From NCBI GenBank assembly GCA_011364975.1, contig RDOE01000064.1:1-18639 (forward strand): a DNA stretch of 18,639 bases, given 5' to 3'. Each line of letters opens with the position of its first letter. Positions within the stretch are counted from its first letter, which is position 1. Below are positions 1-8,500 of this stretch, in pieces. Under the pieces are notes generated by a model. That model saw only the letters and a list, made by a program, of their open reading frames with translations, ran no database searches and was not told where the DNA came from. The translations under genes and the position numbers were made by a program. This DNA is from Promethearchaeota archaeon (GTDB lineage: Archaea; Asgardarchaeota; Lokiarchaeia; Sigyniarchaeales; SOKP01).

Positions 1-83
1 ATATTCATCATATTATTTAATTGAGATTTTTAATTATAGATTAATTAAACAGAAATTTCAGAGTTATTCTGAGGTAATCATTC

Positions 84-312
84 TTAATGAAATATCAACT
101 CACGATAGCTTAAAAATTGGTTTGATAAGATACGATGTTTACAATCCTCTTACTTTTTCCGAATAAATAAAAATATTCTGAGATTTCAAGAGTGTTTCCA
201 AATATAACTCGATAAATATTGATAACAGAAATTTTTATATCTATTGGAAATAATTCAAAAACTCTAATATCATATTTTAAGGGAAACTTATCTAAGAATT
301 CTTTTTGTAATT
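84..312 (-). pseudogene. 3' remnant of an MNT (minimal nucleotidyltransferase) antitoxin gene; diverged second copy of 2695..2924
   Basis: Aligns by eye to 2695..2924, with exact tracts 99-146 = 2710-2757 (48 bp) and 227-264 = 2839-2876 (38 bp). It lacks the N-terminal GSX10DXD catalytic region. It has a 1-nt deletion in the A-run near 154-158, and the Trp codon (TGG) reads TAA. The homologous end YRELIFH* (vs YRERISY*) stops at 84-86. The ORF-track entry 110..325 is this remnant. Confidence 0.9.
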
Positions 313-347
313 CCTCGGGGATCAAAACCCCGAGGAAATTCAGGAAG
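301..347. repeat. GC-rich inverted repeat/hairpin: perfect 10-bp stem TTCCTCGGGG (311-320) / CCCCGAGGAA (328-337), 7-nt loop, extending imperfectly to 301/347
   Basis: Read directly from the sequence. The 20-bp arms match at 16/20 positions. It sits exactly where homology to the intact mnt gene stops (312). Confidence 0.85.
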
Positions 348-463
348 TGAAAGAAGAATTAAGCAAATTTGAGAAAAGATTTAAGGAAAGACTTTTGATA
401 TGGATTCAAATTATAGCAGGTATAGCATTTATTATTACGTTTGGCACCTCTTTGGTGCTATAA
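347..463 (+). CDS. Small ORF or 3' gene remnant: charged helix plus C-terminal transmembrane segment (VKEELSKFEKRFKERLLIWIQIIAGIAFIITFGTSLVL*)
   Basis: Frame is open from 311 to the TAA at 461-463. There is a GTG at 347 with GAGG at 332-335. The composition is protein-like, with a hydrophobic tail of about 22 residues. Not in the ORF track. Confidence 0.45.
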   Translation: MKEELSKFEKRFKERLLIWIQIIAGIAFIITFGTSLVL

Positions 464-605
464 TTCAAACGTATTCTAATTAAAACATTTTATGTCTATA
501 AAAAGATAAATCGAAGAAGTAATAATTGGCTAATTAGATATCTTTATTAGTAAGTTCTCTAATTAATATAATTACTATTCATTATGATTTAAAGGAGAAA
601 TTATT

Positions 606-1595
606 ATGGAAAGCTCGGTTTTTTTATCATTCGATGAATCTAAATTAGTATCTCATATTAAAATATATGAGAATCACTTAAAGCAAAAAATACACTTAAT
701 TCCTGTGTGTCACATCGGAACAAAAGAATACTTCCAAAATATTGTGGCGTATGTAGGGGAAGAAATCCCTTGTATTTATGAAAATTTAAAATTTGGTTCA
801 ATAGATGATAAATCTTACAAATCAAGTAAGACTTTAGACGATCTTATTGAATCCTATTATGAAAGTTATTATCAAAGTTATGATAAACACGGGCAGGAAT
901 ACAAGTCCCTTTTAAAAAATTTTTATAAAAAATATACTAGTAAAGAAGTTAAAAAGTTGCATAAATTAGTACGAAAAGAGGTTTTCAAATCTAGTAATAA
1001 GATTATACAAATATTTGATTTATGTGAAAAAACTAACTTCAATTTATTTAATACTTACGTATTACAGGTTTATTGGTGCGAAATGTTAGGTTTGGAACAT
1101 CAAATGATGACAATAGATTATGAAAATGATATTTTAAATCGCAACAATTGGTGCCATGGGGATTTAGATTTTAGCAAAATAAAAGATAAAACTAACCTAG
1201 AGGAAAAAATCAAGCAAATACTAATTAACCCAACCCAACAATTAATTAATGAATCGGAAAAAGAAAGAACTATGGTTATGGGTACACTTTTAGTAACGAT
1301 TAATTTTTATCGAATGGATAATTGCTCACAAAGAAGAAGAGAATTAGCAACATTATTAATCGAAAATATGACGACAATATTTCAAGATTTTGAAAACTCA
1401 TCTCCAGAAATTGTATTAAAGACGAGAAATACAATAGTAGAAAAGGGTATATCAATCCTGTTAGAAGAGTTTAATGAAATTATGGTTTTTTATGGAGCAA
1501 TGCATATGATTAGTATTGAAAGGTTTCTTCTAAATGAGGGTTTTAAATTGATTAGTGAAGAATCTTTTGAAGTGTTTAATGTGGATAATTCTTAA
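606..1595 (+). CDS. Hypothetical protein, probably TraB/GumN/Tiki-like metallohydrolase superfamily (329 aa)
   Basis: SD-like AAGGAG at 592-597. Motif order LIPVCHIG ... IYE ... TRN ... FYGAMHM resembles the H, E, RN and GxxH motifs of TraB/Tiki/EreA-fold proteins. The ORF itself is solid; the family call is from motif recall only. Confidence 0.6.
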   Translation: MESSVFLSFDESKLVSHIKIYENHLKQKIHLIPVCHIGTKEYFQNIVAYVGEEIPCIYENLKFGSIDDKSYKSSKTLDDLIESYYESYYQSYDKHGQEYKSLLKNFYKKYTSKEVKKLHKLVRKEVFKSSNKIIQIFDLCEKTNFNLFNTYVLQVYWCEMLGLEHQMMTIDYENDILNRNNWCHGDLDFSKIKDKTNLEEKIKQILINPTQQLINESEKERTMVMGTLLVTINFYRMDNCSQRRRELATLLIENMTTIFQDFENSSPEIVLKTRNTIVEKGISILLEEFNEIMVFYGAMHMISIERFLLNEGFKLISEESFEVFNVDNS

Positions 1596-1643
1596 TTAAT
1601 ACCACTTATTAGGTTTAAATCAATTTTTCATTTAACTTGTCTA

Positions 1644-2609
1644 TTATGGCACCTGTTCGAATCTGGCTTGAAAAAATCGGAGATATTTTGGTTCATACAC
1701 CATTTTTAAACCAGGAATTGTATCTCGCTTTTGATATAAACGAACAATAGATTCTGCTGTGTATTCCATATGTGAATTTGTATAAACTCTTCGAGGAATC
1801 GTAAGTCGAACTAATTCTAATGCTGGAAAGATATTCTCTCCAGTTTGCGAATCTCGCCCCTTGGAAACCGCACCACGTTCCATAGCCCTTACTGCGGAAT
1901 CTTCATAGATCGCCGCGGATAATGTTTGTGCTGGCCATTGTTCTCGGGGTATATGAGGTAAGAATTTTAAGGCATTAAGAAAAACTGCGTGTCCTCCGAT
2001 TGGTTTTACAATAGGAACTCCTGATTTCGCTAATAATTCTCCTAAATAACGTACTTGATTAATCCTATACCTTAAATATTCATACTGAGCACCTTCCCGT
2101 AAGCCACGTGCTACAGCTTCCATATCTCTTCCAGCCATTCCTCCATAGGTATGTAGACCTTCATAGATTACCACCGAACTACGGGTTGCCTCAAAGATTT
2201 CCAAATTATTCGTAGCTAAAAATCCACCAATATTAACTAAACAATCTTTTTTAGAGCTATATATGCACCCATCAGAATAACTCATCATTTCTCTCAATAT
2301 TTCAATTATGGGGGTGCTTTCATAACCTTTTTCTCTTTCTCTTATGAAGTAAGCATTCTCACTGGATCTTGTAGCGTCATAAATAATTTTTAATTTATAA
2401 TCATCACAAAACTCCCGTAATTTACGTAAATTTTCCATCGAGACTGGTTGTCCACCTGCCATATTTACATCCATTTCTAGATTGACAAATGAGATTTTAT
2501 CAACGCCATATTCATCAATATAGCTTTGAAGTTTATTAAAATCTACATTTCCCTTAAATGGGTGTGTATTTTCGGTATTACAATAACTAAGCATTAATTG
2601 ATTTTTCAT
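1644..2609 (-). pseudogene. tpl: 5'-truncated tyrosine phenol-lyase copy (residues 149-457 of the full gene) with 12 unrelated in-frame N-terminal codons
   Basis: 1647-2575 is colinear without indels with 11499-12427 (offset 9852). I counted 20 amino-acid differences in 309 residues. It keeps K257, R381, R404 and F448 but lacks Y71 and T124. The frame is uninterrupted. Confidence 0.9.
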
Positions 2610-2644
2610 CCATTGATTTTACTTTATTTTATTTCTTATCCTAT

Positions 2645-2662
2645 TTCTTATATAATAAAGAA
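2645..2662 (-). promoter_or_regulatory. Candidate archaeal TATA box (TTTATTATATAAG) upstream of the truncated tpl
   Basis: The minus strand reads TTTCTTTATTATATAAGAAAT about 35-45 nt before the ATGs at 2613 and 2609. The background is AT-rich, so support is weak. Confidence 0.3.
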
Positions 2663-2694
2663 ATGACCTTGTACCGCATTTTCTAATATTGCTC

Positions 2695-3087
2695 TTAATA
2701 TGATATGCGCTCACGATAGCTTAAAAATTGGTTTGATAAGATACGATGTTTACAATCATCCCACTTTTTTCTAAATAAGTAAAAGTATTCGGAGATGTCA
2801 AGAGGATCTCCAAATACTACTCGATAATTTTTAACAATAGAAATTTTTATATCTATTGGAAATAATTCAAAAACTCGAATATCATATTTTAAAGGGAACT
2901 TACCTAAGAGTTCTTTTTGTAATTTAATATTATATTCTTTATTAGTTTCATATGAAAGTATAGCGATATCAATATCTGATTTCGGACGTACTCCTCCCTC
3001 TACATTAGATCCATAGAGTATAACGTTATATTTATCCTTTAAATAATGCAAATCTTCTTCTAGTTTATTTAGGTCTGTTGATTTCAT
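2695..3087 (-). CDS. mntA: MNT / MntA-type adenylyltransferase antitoxin (type VII TA)
   Basis: Exact GSX10DXD motif (GS-NVEGGVRPKS-DID). About 130 aa from the ATG at 3087 (the ORF track extends to a TTG at 3111). Overlaps the end of the HEPN gene. Confidence 0.85.
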   Translation of the reverse strand: MKSTDLNKLEEDLHYLKDKYNVILYGSNVEGGVRPKSDIDIAILSYETNKEYNIKLQKELLGKFPLKYDIRVFELFPIDIKISIVKNYRVVFGDPLDISEYFYLFRKKWDDCKHRILSNQFLSYRERISY

Positions 3088-3478
3088 TAAAACACTTTTC
3101 GATAATTTCAATCCATTTTAATAGGAGATCTTTAACTTCATTAACGGATGTTAATATTAAATCTTCATCAATATCGTTATATCGATGAACTATTATATTT
3201 CTTAACCCATTTGCTTTTTTTAGTTTCTCTCCTAATTCAGGGCTTAACTTATGTACTTTAACAATCTCAGAAATATTAAAATTATCTTCTTTCACTTGGA
3301 TTCCTACATCTTTTACAAGCATTGCAATCAAATCAACCACAGCTTCAATAGATGTTTGAAGAGAGTAAAAAATTCCACGCTTTTCAAGTTCATTTTTAGG
3401 TTTTAATGGTAGGTCATGAATATATTCAAATACATGGTTGATCTTATCTCGATAACGTTTAATTCTTAGTTCATCCAT
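3065..3478 (-). CDS. hepT: HEPN (DUF86 / HepT-type) RNase toxin
   Basis: RX4HXY motif (RNIIVHRY) in a 137-aa helical protein, adjacent to and overlapping the MNT gene. Confidence 0.88.
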   Translation of the reverse strand: MDELRIKRYRDKINHVFEYIHDLPLKPKNELEKRGIFYSLQTSIEAVVDLIAMLVKDVGIQVKEDNFNISEIVKVHKLSPELGEKLKKANGLRNIIVHRYNDIDEDLILTSVNEVKDLLLKWIEIIEKCFNEINRPK

Positions 3479-3508
3479 TAACTTTCCTATCTTAATTTTA
3501 TATTCCTT

Positions 3509-3561
3509 TATTAGGTATATACTTAATAATACAATTTATATTCTACTATTTATATCCTAAT
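3509..3561 (-). promoter_or_regulatory. Candidate promoter and imperfect inverted repeat upstream of the HEPN-MNT operon
   Basis: The minus strand reads TTAGGATATAAATAG (TATA-like) at about 3546-3560. ATTAGGTATATA (3510-3521) is an imperfect inverted partner of TTATATCCTAAT (3550-3561). Confidence 0.3.
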
Positions 3562-3588
3562 CAATAGAGATTACAAAAAAATCTAATT

Positions 3589-4581
3589 TTAACTCGAAAA
3601 TTCTCTTTTCTGTAAACTAAATATGCCATAAAGCAATAATAACACCGCAATAATAAGCCATATTAGCAACGAGAAACTCGGTAAATAATAATTGGTCTTT
3701 TCTAATCCTCCTAATACGATATTTTGATCGGCATCCACTATTCCAAGATACGAATATACACTATAAACATCCGCAAAAGTTGATTGCCATCCGATTGAGG
3801 GGGGAAGCGCGTTAAACAGTTCTATAAACATCACATAAACATTTGCTAAGTGATATCCTAAATCGAAATGATAGAGTTGGAGATTTACGTAATCAAAATG
3901 TATTAATTCTCGAAGGAAAAAGAATCCAATATAAGGGATTATTACGAACAAAAATACAACTATTGTTGGGCTTCTGGGATTTTTAAAAATCGAGGAAAAC
4001 GCTAATGTTATACTCACAAAAATCAAGGAAATAACAACCGCATAGAGCAACACTGAAAATAAAAAGGGTGAAATCCCAAAAAAGTGAAAGATATTACCTG
4101 AATAGCGTAAGACGGAAATCCATCCCAACAAAAAGATTGTACAAAAACTTAATAATAACGCGAATATCAATAATGCTATGTACTTTCCAAGGAAAATCTT
4201 ATAGCGCTTTATAGGTTTACTTATAAGGATTACTATGGTTCCATTATTAATTTCTTCTGAAATAAGAGGGGCGCCGAAAAATCCAATGATGCTGGTTAAA
4301 ATAATACCAAATGTCCAAAAGAATAAAGGAAATGTCATTACTATAGCAATAAAAGAAGCAGCATGATGGATTGAGATCGCGCTAAAATCAAGGTCTACCG
4401 GGGCGAATATTTCTATTAAGGGGTATATTAACATTAAACACATACAAATGAAAAATTTGAGCGGTGAAAAAAGATCATAAAAAGTTTCTTCAATTAGCAC
4501 TAACGTGGGATATGATTTATTTTGATTAATTTGCTTCAATCTTTGCCGAGTCTTCTGTAATTTTTCTTTAAAGGTATACAC
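3589..4581 (-). CDS. ABC-2 type transporter permease (about 6 TM segments)
   Basis: Contains ISEEINNGTIVILISKPIKRYKIFLGKY, the typical ABC-2 permease loop, and multiple hydrophobic segments. Lies downstream of the ABC ATPase. Start is ambiguous (GTG at 4581; see findings). Confidence 0.9.
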   Translation of the reverse strand: MYTFKEKLQKTRQRLKQINQNKSYPTLVLIEETFYDLFSPLKFFICMCLMLIYPLIEIFAPVDLDFSAISIHHAASFIAIVMTFPLFFWTFGIILTSIIGFFGAPLISEEINNGTIVILISKPIKRYKIFLGKYIALLIFALLLSFCTIFLLGWISVLRYSGNIFHFFGISPFLFSVLLYAVVISLIFVSITLAFSSIFKNPRSPTIVVFLFVIIPYIGFFFLRELIHFDYVNLQLYHFDLGYHLANVYVMFIELFNALPPSIGWQSTFADVYSVYSYLGIVDADQNIVLGGLEKTNYYLPSFSLLIWLIIAVLLLLYGIFSLQKREFSS

Positions 4582-4609
4582 GATTCATAGTTCACCTCAT
4601 TTAACTAGC

Positions 4610-5554
4610 TTAACTAATAAGGCGCATAAATATTTGCTGTAACGATAGTTCTGGTTGATCAAAAGTAAATATCTTGACTTTAGGATCTAAGAGTATTTCT
4701 TTTATCAGTTCTTGTAATCTTTCTGAGTCTTTTGCTATAATATGAATTTTTCCGGATACATCGTCCATCCATGCGTTTAATATGAAATCTTTTACTTTCA
4801 ATTTCTCAATAATCGTTGAATTCATATTCGTATGCAATACGAATACATTCCCAATATACATTTTCTTAATATTGGCAAGAGAATCGGTTAATATAATTTT
4901 ACCTTGGTCTAAAATAGTTATGGAATCACAAATTTCTTCGATTTCGGATAAGATATGACTTGAAATAAAGACACTCATTGTTTTGGACAACTTTTTTATT
5001 TTTTCGATAATTGCTGAACGCCCAACTGGATCCAAATTTGTGGTAGGCTCATCTAAAATAAGTAATTTTGGATTGTGGATTATCGCTCCGGCAAGTGCGA
5101 CTTTTTGTTTCATTCCTCCTGAAAATTTCTTCAATTTCTTATTCCGTTCATTTAAAAGATTGAAATAATGTAATAATTCCTGAGCTTTCTCTCTAGCGTC
5201 ATGCTTATTTAGGCCACCAAGACGTCCCATGTAAACTAAATATTGCTCTGCGGTTTTCCGTTTATATAAGATGGGGTCTTGGGGTAAATAACCGATTAAT
5301 CGCCGTGCTTCTATTGAACCGGCGTCTTTTCCCCTTATCTTTGCCTCCCCTTTTGTTATAGAAAGGGCTCCAACAAGCATGTTTAAAGTAGTGGTTTTAC
5401 CTGCTCCGTTAGGACCAAGGAATCCATGAATCCCTGGTTTTATATTAAGATTAATTTTGGAGACGGCTTCAAATGCTTTATTTCGCTTTTCATATATTTT
5501 AGTTAAATCATGACTCCATATCTCATAATCTTGGAACGATCGTTCTTGAATCAT
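4610..5554 (-). CDS. ABC transporter ATP-binding protein (ABC-2/DrrA-like exporter)
   Basis: Walker A GPNGAGKT, signature FSGGMKQ, Walker B LLILDEP, H-loop SSH. ATGA overlap with the upstream giant gene. Confidence 0.95.
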   Translation of the reverse strand: MIQERSFQDYEIWSHDLTKIYEKRNKAFEAVSKINLNIKPGIHGFLGPNGAGKTTTLNMLVGALSITKGEAKIRGKDAGSIEARRLIGYLPQDPILYKRKTAEQYLVYMGRLGGLNKHDAREKAQELLHYFNLLNERNKKLKKFSGGMKQKVALAGAIIHNPKLLILDEPTTNLDPVGRSAIIEKIKKLSKTMSVFISSHILSEIEEICDSITILDQGKIILTDSLANIKKMYIGNVFVLHTNMNSTIIEKLKVKDFILNAWMDDVSGKIHIIAKDSERLQELIKEILLDPKVKIFTFDQPELSLQQIFMRLIS

Positions 5555-8500
5555 CCTAAATTCTTCTCCTCATTTAGTAATTCTATAGTAATTACAAGTC
5601 TTTCCCGCTTTCTTTTAGAAAGTCGATGATAGGCAACAAAAATACCAGCAAGGGTAGTAGAGATAGTTAAAGTCAGAATAAGAACAAAGTAATTCTCCAG
5701 AACTATTATATTTACAGTATCTATCGCAATCACACTTCCATCGAGGCTATACATGAACACATCAATTTTCTTTGCCCCACCCCCTAATGAAACACTTAAA
5801 TCGGTAGTTTTAATCGGTTTATAGCTATTTCCATTAATATAAACTCTAAAATAATTATATCTACTGCCTGTATCCCATTGTATATCAAATTCATTAGAGC
5901 GCATTATCTGCCCTTCTTCAAGATTAGTAAAGCGAACCTGAAATTTCGAGTTAAAGCAGGTGTATGTTCCACCATGAGAGATAAGCCATTCCCTCCTACC
6001 ATCTCCATTTAAATCTTTAAGAGGCATGAAGGAATCGAAATCTAGATTAAACCGATACAAGATCTTCTGATTAATAGGATCTAAAATTTCGACTACTTTC
6101 TCATCAGAATACGAATAATAATCCATATAAATAGAATATAACATTTTAGTGTATATATAACGTTTAATTAACACATCATCTTTTCCATCTCCACTGAAAT
6201 CTCCAATATTTCTGATAAAATCAAAAAAATCAATCCGGGCTGACGGAATACCCCACCCTTCCATGATAAAATGAAACGGTTCTAAGATCCATTTTTGGGC
6301 AGTCAACTCATCCATCTGGGATTCTGAACTGGAAAAAAGGTCGTAAAAACTAATATTCGCACCTTTAAAAGGAATATAAGAATTATAGATATTATGTATA
6401 CTAGTTTGCACACCAATAATCCCCTCGGAAATTCCATCATTGGTAATATCTCCAATTGATGCAAAGGGTAAATCTATTCCTGTTTCGATTTCCATTTTAT
6501 AGGGAGATTCTTTCCAAGATTCAGATACAGGAGGACTATATTTGCTTAGGATGTCATAATTATCCTCACCTGAAGCTCCGCTATAGATCCGAATTTCAGA
6601 AGTCTGATATTCCCCAAATTGGTTAGAGTAGGTTTTTAGATAACATCCTACATGATCTAAATAATTATCTCCATTAAAATCATCATAAGAAAGCAATAGT
6701 TTATATCCTGTATTCACTCCCCTCACCTCTTTCACATCACCATTTGAAAGCAAGTGATCCGCACTGATTTTGCTGGTGGTGGTTCTTGTACCCACATCAA
6801 CAATCTTTATATGCTTGTCGTTACCGCTATAATCTCCCAGGACAAGTCCAAGCTTACTACCATCTTTTGTTATATTGGTTTTTCCAAGAATAACATATTC
6901 CCCCAAATCAATTGACCACTGATAATTAATATGTGTTTTAGATTCATTATAATTGTCGAAATAAGATAATTGATCTTCCCATCGCGGATTTTGCATCAAC
7001 TTTATAGCAGTATAGTAATTTGTCCCCGTATCAAACATACCTCTTACCATCCAATAATTAAAAGAAGAATTTAATGATAACAAGGATATATCGTGATACG
7101 GAATATCGAAATGAGTACGACTCCATTTTATATAGCTTTTCTGATGTTTTATATCAAAAAGCATAAATCGGGTATTGCAGGTATTGTTGGAATTGTCTCT
7201 GCCGATTAACATTAGTACATCGGGATATTCATCTCCTGTCCCCTCTATCACTTCAAACTGTCGAATTTCTAAATCTAAGAGATTTGTATCGGTGAAATAT
7301 TGTTCTGCTGATAAATTATAATTATAAATATAATATCTATCATACTGATTCCCGAATAAACCCCAATAAAAAGTTCCTACCCCAAAAGATTGAATTGATG
7401 TTTCGAAAGCATGTTTACTATTTGTAATGTTTACACGAATGTTGAGATTTCTATTTGAATCAATGAAATGAGATAAGGTGGTTTCATTTTCAAAGTCAAA
7501 ATATAATCCATTTTCATAGTTATAGGTTCCTCTAGTAATAACATACATATCATCTCTTCGAAACGCCGTAGTAAGATTAAAACTATCAGAATTACTTCTA
7601 TAACCTCCGTTTGTCCCATTCCTAAAATTCCCATATAAATCAGGGTATTGCAAATTCCAGTATCTAGTCCCATTCCATGAACATTTAATCCACCTTCCGG
7701 TCGACTCCTCATAAATTTCATATGTAAAATTATACCAACTCGAATCCGATGAGTCATTGACCAATATACTCATCTGCATCTTCAACGCAGCAAACCGTTC
7801 TAGCTGAGAAAGCGGATAATCAAGTAAACCTAATTGTTCCTCAACACTAAAATCTATGGGAAGAGAAAAATTTAATGAAGTACACCAGTAATTGGTACCA
7901 GCGATATTTAACGCTTTTACAGAATAATTACCTGCATAATCCCTTATATCTAAAACACCACCCGCAATGTGTTCACCATATTCAATTTCAATAGCATTTG
8001 CATGAGATAACGTAGAAGGAAACCATTCATTTTCCCAAAGAATTTCATCCGATTGATTTATCCAAGAGGTAGGGAGGGGCTCATTTCTTCTTAAATAATA
8101 AGCATCCCCCTGTGATGTTAAATTAACGGGACTAAAGTATGTTCCCATATTTTCATAATCTCTATAAAAGTTGTACACAAAATCGGGTAATGCCCTATTC
8201 CAAAATACCTCTCCATTTGAACCATCGATAGCGATAAATCGGGTATAATTACTTAAAAGTGCTCTATATAATAATTCTTCTTGTTCACCATTATTTATGT
8301 TAAGATAATCCATCCCTGAAAGATTTTTTATGATATTTTTTGTTTCATTTGGAAGGTCTAAAGGGATCATCCATGCTACGTAATCTTTGATACCGTCATT
8401 AGTAGGATCTCCCACCTCCTTAATATCTCTTACTCCTTCATAGAAGTCTGGTTGGGGGATTGAAAATTTCCATATTGTATCTCCAGTTTGGGCATCGATA

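Noticed and set aside
58-68. 11-mer TCAGAGTTATT shared with 11452-11462, each just downstream of a repeated gene's 3' end; possible att core
   Set aside because: Exact 11-mer matches are expected many times by chance in 18.6 kb of AT-rich DNA, and the flanks do not align.
1647-2575. tpl and mnt repeat pairs as a diversity-generating retroelement (TR/VR)
   Set aside because: Differences are mainly synonymous and involve all four bases rather than only adenines; no reverse transcriptase is in the window.
4983-5168. 61-aa plus-strand ORF
   Set aside because: Antisense shadow of the ABC ATPase.
7431-7757. 108-aa alternative-frame ORF
   Set aside because: Nested in the giant gene, with no recognisable motif.
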